A stretch of 64,000 nt of DNA from the NCBI GenBank assembly GCA_037917685.1, contig JAVCBU010000003.1, forward strand, positions 96,001 through 160,000. Direction: 5' to 3'. This document shows, piece by piece, positions 1-10,227 of this stretch. The DNA is from Thermoproteota archaeon (GTDB lineage: Archaea > Korarchaeota > Korarchaeia > Korarchaeales > JAOZGB01). The first letter of the stretch is position 1, and every line of letters begins with the position of its first letter. Both the position numbers and the translations under genes were made by a program. The notes beneath the pieces were generated by a model that was given only the letters and a program-made list of their open reading frames with translations, did no database searches and had not been told where the DNA came from.

Positions 1-635
1 TCATCTAAACGGTTTAAAACGAGGTCGGAAAGATACTCCTCGAACTCCTGTTCTAGCTTAAGGACGTCCTCTACCTCCCTCCTAGCAAGCTTACTCTTCA
101 GCTTGAATTTCGGCTCATACTCTGAGAGAACCTCACTTATAAAGCCCTTCTCCTCCTCTGGGATAACCCATCTACCGTCTGTTTTAATGAGCAAATGAAA
201 ACTCTCCAGCCATCCGAGGAGGCTTGGCTGAAGATGGGGGAAACTCATGGCCCTCATTTTCTCTTTAAGCTTCTCTTTATCGAAATCTCTCAATTCGAGT
301 CCTGCCTTTAGTATATAGTATGCTCTGTCCTCCCACCTCCTCAACGCCTCTTTAACCCTCGCCTTTACATAATCTTCGGAGCTTGACAGCGAGATAGTGC
401 CATCAGCAAGCGTATAATACTCGCCGTGGAAGAACAAATTGGTGCTTGGCTTCACCTCTGTTATAAGCCTGACAATATCCTCATCTTTAAGGTTTTTAAC
501 AAGTTTCTCCAGCCTTTCCTCCAGCTTCTCAAGGTGGTAGTATGAGAGAAGCCTTTTAACGAGTAATTGCTTCTCAACATCTTTTCCAAGTGTTTTATGT
601 TTTAAAGCCTTACTATATCTTTTCCGAGCGGGCAT
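1..635 (-). CDS. Hypothetical protein, runs off the window edge (MPARKRYSKALKHKTLGKDVEKQLLVK...)
   Basis: Open frame from ATG at 635 to the window start with no stop, read by hand; GGAGG upstream; no recognisable motif. Confidence 0.7.
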   Translation of the reverse strand, partial: MPARKRYSKALKHKTLGKDVEKQLLVKRLLSYYHLEKLEERLEKLVKNLKDEDIVRLITEVKPSTNLFFHGEYYTLADGTISLSSSEDYVKARVKEALRRWEDRAYYILKAGLELRDFDKEKLKEKMRAMSFPHLQPSLLGWLESFHLLIKTDGRWVIPEEEKGFISEVLSEYEPKFKLKSKLARREVEDVLKLEQEFEEYLSDLVLNRLD

Positions 636-720
636 CTAGGAACCCTCCACCCTAGGGTAGAATGTTGCAAGATAAATGGTAATAGGGCTCTTAAACCTAT
701 ATAATATGTGGTCGTTTGGT

Positions 721-1116
721 CTATGTCTCATTTGCTATCTTGCCTTCTCTGAAGCTCTTGAATTCTTCAGCCGCTGATATTATCCCCTGAAATGCCAGGA
801 TTAAAGCTTCCTTTGAAAGCCACTCCTTTGCTATTCTACAGTTTATGTAGGGGTAGCCATCCTCATCTAGAGAGAAGAAGGAGAAAGCTAGCTTATGATT
901 CATCCTTAGCATCCAATCCTCCATGCCTTCTATATGCTCGCCTAAAAATGCTGTAGCCGAGATAACGCCTTCGTCTTCTCCTACAAGGATGTAGATGTCA
1001 AGCCTATCTATGTCTTCTGTTTGCCAACGGGTTAGGATAATAGGCTGATCCTCCATCTTAACGTAGCTTATCTGAAGCTGGTCTAAAAGAGATGTGGTAT
1101 CATCTATAAGGCTCAA
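721..1116 (-). CDS. YbjN-like / type III chaperone-fold hypothetical protein
   Basis: 131-aa acidic protein with an LRMNHKL...FSLDEDG pattern typical of YbjN-domain proteins. Confidence 0.5.
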   Translation of the reverse strand: MSLIDDTTSLLDQLQISYVKMEDQPIILTRWQTEDIDRLDIYILVGEDEGVISATAFLGEHIEGMEDWMLRMNHKLAFSFFSLDEDGYPYINCRIAKEWLSKEALILAFQGIISAAEEFKSFREGKIANET

Positions 1117-1185
1117 ACTTATAACCTCAAAGGCTATTATTTCTTCAAAATTTTAAAGTTAACTAGCCACGTTGCTCTTCAGCTT

Positions 1186-3117
1186 TCAGAATGTGCTTTC
1201 TTCAAATACCTGTCTCAGCTTCTCAGCTGCCCTTGCGATCATCCTATCGTAGACACCCTTGAAACTTCTATAGAACAGCTTTGCAAGGTCATATAATATG
1301 AGGATAAACGTGGCTAGTAAGCCCAGCTGTGTGATTCTAGCAGCTGCAATCCCTATCTTCGGTATTATATAGAGTTTTGATGGTGTAACCCACATTAAGA
1401 AGGCAATGAATGCGAGATACAGTATGTCGACAAGACTTCTCTTGACAGCCGCCCTAGTTACAACTCCTATCCTTCTCACAAGCCATCCAGACATCAAGTC
1501 TACAAAGAACTTCAGAGACATCAAAATCCTGTATCCAAAGTAGACTACAGCTACCAGCTCTAGAAATCCGGCTACGTTTGAAGGATAGAGCTTTATACCT
1601 CCTAGAATCAGGGGATCGAGACCGCTGATCAAACCCTCAGCACTTTTGAGGACAAGTATGACTACGGCAAGCTTTATGGTGCTTGAAAGGAACGTGCCAA
1701 GATTCCTTTCAATTTTAGATGGAACCCTTATTCTGTGTGGCTTAACCTTAACCTGTGGCACCGGCGGCCTTTCCAGTATCCTGTACCGAACCCTTGGAAG
1801 CTCTGTTGCTGCAAGGGCCACAACACCTATGGAAAAGGCTAGGGGTACTGAAACAAGGTACAGGATTAAAATCCATGGTGTTCCAGCCGCTATGGTTATA
1901 GCTGCAACAAGTAGCCTGGCATCCCTCCCCGCTGGGCTCCAAGATCTTATGAGTTCAACATCTCTTCTTTCTATCCACCCTGAGATGTGTGATACATAAC
2001 TGGATACAAATACGTTTGCAGCGGCTATAATTAGTAGCACCGTCTGGCTGAAGGTTAATGGCCAGAGCATGTAGCCAGCTGCTCCAACTACAGCTAGGTC
2101 TGCGTACCCATCAAGGAAAGCATCAAATACACCCCCGAAACGGCTTTTGGCCCCGGTAAGTCTTGCTATCTCTCCGTCCACCCCGTCAAGAATGGAGCCT
2201 CCCTGGATTAGAATTCCTGAAAGCATTAAGTGTCCGAGTACAGCCATCCATACACCCGTAAGACAAAGGAGGAACGATGCCACGGAGACAATATTAGGAT
2301 CGATTATTTTCCCCTTCAAGTACATCCAGACTGAAAGCCTTGTGGATAAAGGCCTGTTCAGAAACCTAGATACAGGCCCGTCGCCCGGCTTTATAAGGCT
2401 CTTCCTAAGCAGGTAAGGGAGAGCCTTCCTTGCCTTAACAAGGTCTTCTGGTGTGTCTATATCGGCCCATGTATAGCCTGTAACATCCACATAGCCTACC
2501 TCTCTTTCCCTTATCGCCCTTCTTAAAGCGTCTGCAACGGTGGCTTCAGGGCCTTTCTCTCCTATGGTCTCGTCTATAATTCTTCTAGATCCTGTGGAAC
2601 AGTAGAATAGTCCCGTGTCCACGCCATAGTAGGGTGGAGCGTTTTTCCCAACCTCCATCACCTGGTCTCCTCTAACCACAACTTTCAATCCCTCCTCTAT
2701 CCTATCCCAGGGCGGATTCTGGTCAAGACATAACGTGAAAGCTTTTCCCCCACCCTCCCTTATAAGCTTACGCAGTATTTCAGGCTCGAAAATATGATCT
2801 GACATTAAGACGAGGAATTCATCAGATTTAATAGCATCTAGACCGGTCTTCAAAGAGTAAAGATTGCCAAAACCGTCTTCAAGATCTGTAGACACAACCC
2901 TAACATTCTCATATCTATTTTCAAAAAAGTGGGTGAGGCTATGCCTCGTTACAATAATGATCTCTCCTACATCTTCATCCCTAAGCCATTTCACAATAAG
3001 ATCTAAAAGAGGAAGCCCGGGTGCAAGCTCAAAGAGGCATTTCGGCATCTCTTTAGAGTATTCCCCCATCCTCGTTGCTTTACCCGCAGCAATGATAAGA
3101 GCAGGTAGGCCCCTCAC
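1186..3117 (-). CDS. Bifunctional IPCT/DIPPS-like enzyme (nucleotidyltransferase + CDP-alcohol phosphotransferase) with an extra C-terminal membrane domain
   Basis: N-terminal IIAAGKATRM..PKCL NTP-transferase motif, WADIDT, linker DGPVSRFLNRPLS, CDP-alcohol motif DGVDGEIAR..GGVFDAFLD; about 200 extra hydrophobic residues at the C-terminus. Confidence 0.85.
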   Translation of the reverse strand: MRGLPALIIAAGKATRMGEYSKEMPKCLFELAPGLPLLDLIVKWLRDEDVGEIIIVTRHSLTHFFENRYENVRVVSTDLEDGFGNLYSLKTGLDAIKSDEFLVLMSDHIFEPEILRKLIREGGGKAFTLCLDQNPPWDRIEEGLKVVVRGDQVMEVGKNAPPYYGVDTGLFYCSTGSRRIIDETIGEKGPEATVADALRRAIREREVGYVDVTGYTWADIDTPEDLVKARKALPYLLRKSLIKPGDGPVSRFLNRPLSTRLSVWMYLKGKIIDPNIVSVASFLLCLTGVWMAVLGHLMLSGILIQGGSILDGVDGEIARLTGAKSRFGGVFDAFLDGYADLAVVGAAGYMLWPLTFSQTVLLIIAAANVFVSSYVSHISGWIERRDVELIRSWSPAGRDARLLVAAITIAAGTPWILILYLVSVPLAFSIGVVALAATELPRVRYRILERPPVPQVKVKPHRIRVPSKIERNLGTFLSSTIKLAVVILVLKSAEGLISGLDPLILGGIKLYPSNVAGFLELVAVVYFGYRILMSLKFFVDLMSGWLVRRIGVVTRAAVKRSLVDILYLAFIAFLMWVTPSKLYIIPKIGIAAARITQLGLLATFILILYDLAKLFYRSFKGVYDRMIARAAEKLRQVFEESTF

Positions 3118-3179
3118 ATTAAAAATATGGGGAATCTGCTATTAAAACTCTGCTCTACCTATTAGCCCCGCTTTACAGT

Positions 3180-4280
3180 TCATACTTTACCAGTGTATGC
3201 TTTAAGAACAGCCTCAACTATGTCTTCCTTACTGATCCCGTAAAACCTTAGCCTATATCTTTCGAAAGCCTCGCTAAGCCTGCTTGCCAACTCTTTCTTT
3301 GATATCTTACAGCCCATCAAAGCCTTTTCAACTGTTTCCACTGCGTCTATAGGCTCGGCGAAGAAGTCGCCTGAAAGAATTATATCCCTTATCATATCGG
3401 ATTCAGCCTTGAATATTACCCTGAGAAGCTTCTCCTTCTTGAGTGAGGCCTCACAGAGATAGATATCTCCTGCTATTTTCACCTTTCTACCCCCTGTAGG
3501 CTGGAGATCTCTGTGCCTACGGGAAACCCTAAAAGTCCACTCTTCGCTGCCTATCTCGGATCTAATCCTTTCAAGAGATTCAACTTCGAAATCTGTAAGA
3601 CTACCATCGTAGAATTCCACTCCAAGCTCTGTCCTGAATCCCTCTATTATTCTAGCTTTAACCTCCTCCCTTTCAGGCATGTAGCCAAGCTCTCTCTTAA
3701 GAGATGTAATCCACTCATCTATAGTCTTAGCAAGCTTATCCCTAAACTTTTCGTCTGGAACTTTAAGGATGCGTGAAAGCTTAACTGGGTCAATATCTAG
3801 AATGACGTTTCCTATTAGTATACCACTTCTACCTATCCATGCGGCGGCGTTACCACTAGCCTTCCTACCCGAGACCACTACATCGTTTAAAGGCTTATAT
3901 GCAGCATCAAGACCGAAGCTTCTATACGTGTAAACAGTAGGTCGGAGATACTTTCTATAGAACTCACCTATGTCGGGCATACTTTCCAAATGTACTATTA
4001 TGTGGTAGAACTGCTGGCCATCATCCAGATAGACCGCTCCTCCTCCAAGCTTCCTCCTAACTATCGGAAGCCCGTGTGCCTTGCAGTAGTCGACGTCAAC
4101 CTCAGCCTGTACCATCTGGTTTACACCAACGCATACATAGGGCGTTTTAGGGTAGCAAAGGATTAGGGTGTTGGGTGAAAGCCCTTTGCTGACGGCTTCT
4201 GCAACGGCTTCGTACACCGACTGTATGGTGTAGCCGTCTATTCCCCCAAGATCAACAAGCCTCCATTCAGCCATTCTCAC
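3180..4280 (-). CDS. lplA: Lipoate-protein ligase A with C-terminal domain
   Basis: [26 protein letters not shown] and C-terminal LSGDFF motifs. Confidence 0.9.
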   Translation of the reverse strand: MRMAEWRLVDLGGIDGYTIQSVYEAVAEAVSKGLSPNTLILCYPKTPYVCVGVNQMVQAEVDVDYCKAHGLPIVRRKLGGGAVYLDDGQQFYHIIVHLESMPDIGEFYRKYLRPTVYTYRSFGLDAAYKPLNDVVVSGRKASGNAAAWIGRSGILIGNVILDIDPVKLSRILKVPDEKFRDKLAKTIDEWITSLKRELGYMPEREEVKARIIEGFRTELGVEFYDGSLTDFEVESLERIRSEIGSEEWTFRVSRRHRDLQPTGGRKVKIAGDIYLCEASLKKEKLLRVIFKAESDMIRDIILSGDFFAEPIDAVETVEKALMGCKISKKELASRLSEAFERYRLRFYGISKEDIVEAVLKAYTGKV

Positions 4281-4564
4281 CAGTATATTATCCTGAAGCC
4301 TTTAAATTCTCCCTTGTACTCTTCATCTATCACTTCAACTTTTTCAACAACCGCACTTGGAGGGCCCTTATGGCACCATCTTATCATAATTTCCACCTTC
4401 TCTCTTTCGCCTTCGAATACAGCTTCAACTCTGCCGTCTGGTAGATTTTTGACCCATCCTTTAATGCCGAGTATGTCAGCCATCCTCTTGGTGTTAGCCC
4501 TAAAGAAGACCCCCTGCACAAGACCTGAGATATACACATGTTTTCTAACCATCATCTTATTCAC
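4277..4564 (-). CDS. acyP: Acylphosphatase
   Basis: GLVQGVFFR and [12 protein letters not shown] signatures. Confidence 0.95.
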   Translation of the reverse strand: MNKMMVRKHVYISGLVQGVFFRANTKRMADILGIKGWVKNLPDGRVEAVFEGEREKVEIMIRWCHKGPPSAVVEKVEVIDEEYKGEFKGFRIIYW

Positions 4565-4637
4565 CCATGTGGTTCATCCTACGCTACTAACAACATTAAC
4601 ATAAATATTTAACATGAGGATGGGATAATTCAAATAG

Positions 4638-4708
4638 AGGCCGCCTGATGAGATCTTCAGCCTTGCCTGAAGAGTGATGACTCCGTGCAGAAAACGAAGG
4701 CGGCCTGA
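4638..4708 (+). ncRNA. Box C/D guide sRNA; D' guide complementary to 16S rRNA GCAAGGCUGAA
   Basis: Terminal stem AGGCCGCC/GGCGGCCT, C TGATGA (4646), D' CTGA (4667), C' TGATGA (4675); D box either ACGA (4694) or CTGA (4705); guide TTCAGCCTTGC. Confidence 0.8.
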
Positions 4709-4722
4709 ATTATGGTGATAAC

Positions 4723-5256
4723 ATGGATGTTAGAGTTATTAAGGGAGACATCACAAAGTTGGCTGTGGATGCAATAGTAAACGCAGCTAACTCTCTAATG
4801 GTTATGGGAGGTGGAGTTGCGGGCGCTATAAAGAGGGCTGGTGGCTCAGAGATAGAGCAGGAAGCCATGAAATACGCCCCTGTCCCAGTGGGCGAAGCAA
4901 TATCCACAGGGGGTGGACGGTTGAAGGCGAAATATGTAGTTCATGCCCCCACGATGGAGAGGCCCGCTGTAAAAATAGAGCTGTCTAACGTAAAACTTGC
5001 CATGGATGCTGCCATAAGAAAAGCCCTTGAACTTAACATCACATCTCTCGCGATTCCAGCCCTTGGAACCGGGGTAGGCGGGGTTGACAGGTGCGATGCC
5101 GCTAGAGCGATGGTGGAGGTCCTAAAGAAATATATTGACTCAGGTATTCACGTTCCAGACATATTGTTTGTCGATATCAGCGAAGAGCAGGTTAAATGTT
5201 TCAAAGAAGCAATAAGCGAAATCTTAGGTTTAAATGTGGAGATTGAATTTTTATAG
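4723..5256 (+). CDS. Macro-domain protein (ADP-ribose binding / O-acetyl-ADP-ribose deacetylase, Af1521-like)
   Basis: GDIT..VDAIVNAAN..GGGVAGAI and PALGTGVGG motifs. Confidence 0.95.
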   Translation: MDVRVIKGDITKLAVDAIVNAANSLMVMGGGVAGAIKRAGGSEIEQEAMKYAPVPVGEAISTGGGRLKAKYVVHAPTMERPAVKIELSNVKLAMDAAIRKALELNITSLAIPALGTGVGGVDRCDAARAMVEVLKKYIDSGIHVPDILFVDISEEQVKCFKEAISEILGLNVEIEFL

Positions 5257-5272
5257 TGGCTGGTGTTAGCGG

Positions 5273-7432
5273 TTGAGCGACGGCTTATATCTTGGTAAGT
5301 ATCTTGATTCTAACGGAAACATAAAGGGAAAGTTTCAGATTGGCCTGGAGGATTTGATGACACACGCATTCATACTCGGGATGACAGGTTCCGGGAAAAC
5401 TGTTCTAGGCAAATGCATAGTTGAAGAGGCAGCTCTGAATGGGGTGCCATCGATAGTAATCGACATTAAGGGTGATCTGACATCGCTAGCCCTCGTCCCG
5501 GAATCCCCGAGATTCGAACATGTTGCTCCAATTATGAAGTACTTCGGCCTTGAACCCAAGGATTTCACCCGAAATGCTGAGCTTTACGATCTTAAACCTG
5601 AAAATTATAGGCGTCTTAGAGAAAATGTCAGGTTTAAGGTGTACACTCCCTTTTCGTCTAATGGAATCCTTCTGTCTTCAACTTCGATCCCGGAGTCTCC
5701 TAAAGATTTTAGAAAGATTTATGATGAAAACCCTGAGTATGCTGTTAACCTTGTAGAAACTGTGGCTTCGAGCGTTCTGGCTAGGATCGGCAGGGCTGGT
5801 AGGAGAGAGTGGAAGTTCCTATCAGAGGTTATAAAGGAGGCCTGGCTGAACGACCTCGATCTTCAAGGAGTTGAAGGCCTAAAACTGCTTATTGGCATGA
5901 TCCTTAACCCACCGTTTGAGAAGATTGGGGCGATGGATCTCGAGAGCTATTACCCCCTGAGGGAAAGGAAAAAACTTGCTATTAAGATCAACGATTTAAT
6001 GGTTGGATCAGAGGCAATAATGCAAGTTGGGGAACCCCTTGACATAGACTCTATGATAGGGTCTGAGGATGGAAAAACCGTTGTTGCAATAATAAACCTC
6101 ACCGAGGCCCCGTCTGATGTAGAAATGATGTTCACTGTTTCTAGAATTGCGTATCAACTGTATAGGTGGATGAGGGAAAAAGGCGGCGGGAAAAGGCCCA
6201 GGCTTATATTCTACGTCGACGAACTAGCAACAGGGGGGAAGGCAGGCCTTCTTCCACCATATCCCCATAATCCACCGTCCAAGCAGATTCTCAGCTTGCT
6301 ACTAAAACAGGGTAGAGCATTTGGCCTCTCCTGCATATACTCAACACAAAACCCGGGAGACGTAGACTACAAGGCACTGTCAAACTGTGGGATCTGGGCC
6401 ATAGGACGGCTCACAACTGATAGAGATAGAAGGAAGGCCCTCGAAGGTGTTTCAATGGTAGTCTCAGGGGAGGAAAAACAGAAACTGTCAGAAATAATAG
6501 CGGGTTTGCAGCCCGGCTGCTTCGCTGTTAAGCTTAGAAGTGGGGAGATAAAGCTGATCAGGGAAAGGTGGCTGTACAGTATACATGTAACAATCCCTCC
6601 CTCCATGCTCTCCTACTTTAAACCTAAATCTAAAAAGAAGATGGACAGGATCATTAAAAGGATAGAAAGAGAGGAGTATGAGATAAAATGGTACAATGCC
6701 AAAGAAGAGATATTTGGAAAACTCCAGTCGGATAGAAGAAGGAAGATAATAGGAATCTTCGGGATAACGGAGGCGCTGTCCAAAATATACGTTTTGAAAG
6801 TGCCTATAGCCATATACAGGATAGTATATTTTGAGAAAGCTCTCGTGGGGATAGTAAGAAAAAGATATAGAATATTTGAAAGGAGACGCTACCTTATGGT
6901 TGACTTACATAACGGCCTTATACTACAGCCTGAACCCGGAATGTTTAGGATAGATGATGTAATCTCTAAACTTTACGGGATTCCAACAAAGTGTCTCAAA
7001 ACACTTAAAGAAATATGCGAATCCGGCCAGGCAAGATATTCAAGCCTAGGAAGAAGGTGTGTCCAGAGGCTTGAGGAGGCGGGGCTTGTTTACAGACATA
7101 AACCTGAGGGATTGAGATACTATATTGTTAAACCAAGAATTACCATAAACATATGGAATGTAGCAATAGAGAAGCCGCCCCTGGTAAGCAGGGTTGAAAG
7201 ATTCGGAGACATAGAATATATGCTTAAGGAACGTTACGACCATGAAAAGGTGAGAAGAATACTCGAGGCAATCCTAGGTGCAAAAGTAGAATATGTTAAA
7301 ACTGTGCATCTGAAAGTGTTTGTTGGGGCATATATTGATGAGAAAGGTTCAACCTCGGTTCTTCCCCTCCACCCATACGAGGGTGGTGAGAAAATCATAT
7401 CCGAGATGTTGTCCAATATCTACATACCTTAA
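5273..7432 (+). CDS. HerA/FtsK-superfamily ATPase (DUF87/DUF853-like) with a long basic C-terminal region including a putative winged helix
   Basis: Walker A GMTGSGKT, Walker B FYVDE, KQGRAFG arginine finger, STQNP sensor. Confidence 0.85.
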   Translation: MSDGLYLGKYLDSNGNIKGKFQIGLEDLMTHAFILGMTGSGKTVLGKCIVEEAALNGVPSIVIDIKGDLTSLALVPESPRFEHVAPIMKYFGLEPKDFTRNAELYDLKPENYRRLRENVRFKVYTPFSSNGILLSSTSIPESPKDFRKIYDENPEYAVNLVETVASSVLARIGRAGRREWKFLSEVIKEAWLNDLDLQGVEGLKLLIGMILNPPFEKIGAMDLESYYPLRERKKLAIKINDLMVGSEAIMQVGEPLDIDSMIGSEDGKTVVAIINLTEAPSDVEMMFTVSRIAYQLYRWMREKGGGKRPRLIFYVDELATGGKAGLLPPYPHNPPSKQILSLLLKQGRAFGLSCIYSTQNPGDVDYKALSNCGIWAIGRLTTDRDRRKALEGVSMVVSGEEKQKLSEIIAGLQPGCFAVKLRSGEIKLIRERWLYSIHVTIPPSMLSYFKPKSKKKMDRIIKRIEREEYEIKWYNAKEEIFGKLQSDRRRKIIGIFGITEALSKIYVLKVPIAIYRIVYFEKALVGIVRKRYRIFERRRYLMVDLHNGLILQPEPGMFRIDDVISKLYGIPTKCLKTLKEICESGQARYSSLGRRCVQRLEEAGLVYRHKPEGLRYYIVKPRITINIWNVAIEKPPLVSRVERFGDIEYMLKERYDHEKVRRILEAILGAKVEYVKTVHLKVFVGAYIDEKGSTSVLPLHPYEGGEKIISEMLSNIYIP

Positions 7433-7458
7433 TAATTAAGCTGGGTTGAACACTGACG

Positions 7459-8484
7459 ATGAATGAAAGTCGCTCTACTACAAGTCATAAGGAGACATGG
7501 ATAATATGGCTATTGACACTTGCCGCTGTCCCTTCGGTGATGATTGTCAAGCCCGTCTTTAACGGGTTAGTCTATGGATTCATTTTGGGCTATATAACGC
7601 TCCCGCTGGTTGAGAGGATTGAGTCTAAAATAGGTGGTAGGAGAATATTGTCGCTCCTGCCGGTCCTACTTATAATACCTCTAACAATAGTGGTGTACCA
7701 TTCTACTATAAGTTTTGTAAGAAGTATGATCTCATTCCTCAATAGCGAGCAGTTTATAGATTTCGTGAACTGGCTTGAACATTTTCTAAATAGGGTGATG
7801 GTTACGATAGGAGTGTCAGCTCAAGTTTCTATTAAAGAACCAATACAAAGCTTTGTTGAGAGTATAAGTGTTGAATCCCTTCTTTTCTTTGCAGGAAAAA
7901 TATTCCAGCTGACAATCGAACTTATCCTGGCAGCTACCGTCTCCTACTATACGGTTCTAGAAGGGAGGACCGTGTTTGAAAAGCTCGGAGTAATCTTCAC
8001 ATCTAAGGCCAATACTTTATATTCAAAGTTCGCTGCAGAACTTAAAAGGAATATAGATGGCTTTATCTTCGGCTACATACTTACAGCAGGTTTTCAGGGG
8101 GCAGCTGCATCCATACTCTTCCTGGCTGAAGGCTTAGATTTCTGGATGACGGCGGGATTTCTAACCTTTATCGTCAGCGTCTTACCGGTTCTTGGCGCAC
8201 CTGTAGTATTTACACCTATTGCAGTCTATCAGATCGTGAATGGCTACGTCCTAGAGGCGGCTACTACAATACTATATGGTATTATTGTGTTGACAATAAT
8301 ACCCACATTCATAATATACCCAAAGCTGACGAGCAGAAGGGGAGAAATACATCCTCTAATCGTACTCATAGGTGTTATAGGTGGAGCCACCGCGTTCGGA
8401 GCAGCCGGCATATTCGTTGGACCCTTGATACTTAGCGTTCTGTCCACAATCGTTAGAATGATCCCTGAAATGTTAAAGCGTTGA
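7459..8484 (+). CDS. AI-2E (PerM/UPF0118) family transporter
   Basis: Multi-pass TM; LPVLGAPVV and IHPLIVLIGVIGG..FG..GIFVGP motifs. Confidence 0.9.
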   Translation: MNESRSTTSHKETWIIWLLTLAAVPSVMIVKPVFNGLVYGFILGYITLPLVERIESKIGGRRILSLLPVLLIIPLTIVVYHSTISFVRSMISFLNSEQFIDFVNWLEHFLNRVMVTIGVSAQVSIKEPIQSFVESISVESLLFFAGKIFQLTIELILAATVSYYTVLEGRTVFEKLGVIFTSKANTLYSKFAAELKRNIDGFIFGYILTAGFQGAAASILFLAEGLDFWMTAGFLTFIVSVLPVLGAPVVFTPIAVYQIVNGYVLEAATTILYGIIVLTIIPTFIIYPKLTSRRGEIHPLIVLIGVIGGATAFGAAGIFVGPLILSVLSTIVRMIPEMLKR

Positions 8485-9153
8485 CGGTAAAAGCCTAAGC
8501 ATCTCCAGACATAGATCTACGAGTAACGGCATTTCTTCCCTTGCAAACTTACGGGTAGATGATATCCGTGCAGGAAACCCCCTAAAAACAACAGCTACCC
8601 AGCATGGGCTTTCAACCCTGAAGCTATAGATGTACTTATAAACTTCGGCATCGCTAAAATCAAGGCTACCTACAAAACCTGCAGGTACAATCTTTGAAAA
8701 CCTTATGTTAGGCCTGGGAACCGGCAGAACATATAGCCTGTGAGTATCCTCACTAAAAACCTTTTTTAAAAAACTACTTACGAGTTGAGACGATGCTGCT
8801 GTCCGGGCAAGTCTGTTAGGTCTGGCGGCTCCTGGAACCCTTAGCGTGGAGAAAGCCATCTTTCCATCTTTCCAAACAAGTTTAAAACCATACTTAGCAG
8901 CTGATTTTAAAATCCCCTTAAGAGGTTTATAAGCTGATATAACAATGCATCCCAGACCAGCATAGCTTCCAGGCGATGCCAGAGAGCCTACGAATTCCAT
9001 GAAAACTCTAACGTTCTCTCCGAAAAGATAGGTTACTGCATCCAAGGACGCGTCAACAAGTCTTAGTCTACCTTTAACTGTAGAGTTAAAAGCCTTTACA
9101 ATGGTGGCTGCTGTTGGAAAGAGGTCCATGAATAGGTTTATATTGTCGTTCAA
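8473..9153 (-). CDS. Hypothetical protein
   Basis: 226-aa ORF overlapping the stop of the DUF211 gene (likely operon); no motif recognised. Confidence 0.6.
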   Translation of the reverse strand: MNDNINLFMDLFPTAATIVKAFNSTVKGRLRLVDASLDAVTYLFGENVRVFMEFVGSLASPGSYAGLGCIVISAYKPLKGILKSAAKYGFKLVWKDGKMAFSTLRVPGAARPNRLARTAASSQLVSSFLKKVFSEDTHRLYVLPVPRPNIRFSKIVPAGFVGSLDFSDAEVYKYIYSFRVESPCWVAVVFRGFPARISSTRKFAREEMPLLVDLCLEMLRLLPSTL

Positions 9154-9425
9154 TCTGAGACTTCTCCTTCGATTTTCTCAACTGAAACCTCATCTATACT
9201 TCTTATAGCTGTCCCGACTTCCTTTGCAGCCTCTAAAACCATATCATAGTCTATGTTTCTACCCTCAATCTTTATCCTCACGGTTTCTGTTCTCTCATCT
9301 ACCTCCCTGACGGTTGCAACCACATTTAGTACTCCCGGGACATTACATAGTGCTCTTGACAGGTCTATAATCGTTGTCTCTCTCGGCTTAAGGGCGTCCA
9401 ACACGATTGTCTTAACACCTATCAT
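9150..9425 (-). CDS. DUF211 family protein
   Basis: IVLDALKP..AIRSIDEV pattern; usual partner of the adjacent VIT1-like gene. Confidence 0.85.
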   Translation of the reverse strand: MIGVKTIVLDALKPRETTIIDLSRALCNVPGVLNVVATVREVDERTETVRIKIEGRNIDYDMVLEAAKEVGTAIRSIDEVSVEKIEGEVSD

Positions 9426-9428
9426 ATC

Positions 9429-10070
9429 CTAAACACCTAAATTACCTATTGCAGACAGTATAAGGGCTGTAGCTATTCCCACAATAACCATCCTTAAACC
9501 ATACTTAATCATCCCATTACCAGAAAGTCTGCCGAGATACGCACCTAAAATAAAGAGTAAACTAAATATAATCCCAATTGAAAGTAAGGCTGCATATTCC
9601 ACAGGAATCAAAGTTTTGACTGCTAGAATGTAGGGAACAAGCGATATCACGGATACTGCGGCGGGAGAAGCTCCGTCGATCAAGGCTGCTATAATCGTTG
9701 CGTAATTTAAAGCTTTCTCAAGCCTTGTTCCCGAGAGATCCATAAACATGGCCTCTTCTATCTCTCTTATGTCTTTCTCCCTCTCAGCCTTTTCAGCCAT
9801 GTAAGCCCCTGTGAGGCCTGAAACCATCATTGCAATGGTGGCACCAATTCCTGCTCCGATTATGGTGCTTGGAGACCCGTTCCCAGCAATGTGGGCTCCT
9901 ACTATCACCCCTAGCGTTGTCATAGCACCGTCGAACGCGTTAAGAGCGAAGTACCTCCTTCCAATCTCCCCAAGATCCGAAAACCTGGCGTATTCCTTCA
10001 GATCTCTCCATAACCCCCTTATTTTTACTGGAATAATCGCATTTACAATCTTCTCTGAGGCTTCCCCCAA
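9429..10070 (-). CDS. VIT1/CCC1-like membrane protein (TIGR00267 type)
   Basis: RRYFALNAFDG and GAYMAEKAE motifs; about 5 TM segments. Confidence 0.85.
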   Translation of the reverse strand: MGEASEKIVNAIIPVKIRGLWRDLKEYARFSDLGEIGRRYFALNAFDGAMTTLGVIVGAHIAGNGSPSTIIGAGIGATIAMMVSGLTGAYMAEKAEREKDIREIEEAMFMDLSGTRLEKALNYATIIAALIDGASPAAVSVISLVPYILAVKTLIPVEYAALLSIGIIFSLLFILGAYLGRLSGNGMIKYGLRMVIVGIATALILSAIGNLGV

Positions 10071-10227
10071 CCTCCTTTATTCCTCATAAATACCTGTGAG
10101 CCCCTTAATTAAAAGCTTATCGGTTAGAGTTGAGCATTAAAACCGTACATCCATTGAATATTCTATTTTACATAGGAAAACAACTAAGTAACTACTAATG
10201 TATAATGTTCTACCTAAACCCTCTGTT

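Noticed and set aside
4680-4693. D guide of the 4638 sRNA pairing with this window's 5S rRNA (CACGGAGT at about 47879)
   Set aside because: Only 8 contiguous bp, one of them from the C' box, and the predicted methylation position is not within the duplex; compatible with chance
5273-7432. Canonical HerA of the HerA-NurA-Mre11-Rad50 operon, or CedB
   Set aside because: None of the partner genes is adjacent, and there is no N-terminal HAS barrel region or TM anchor
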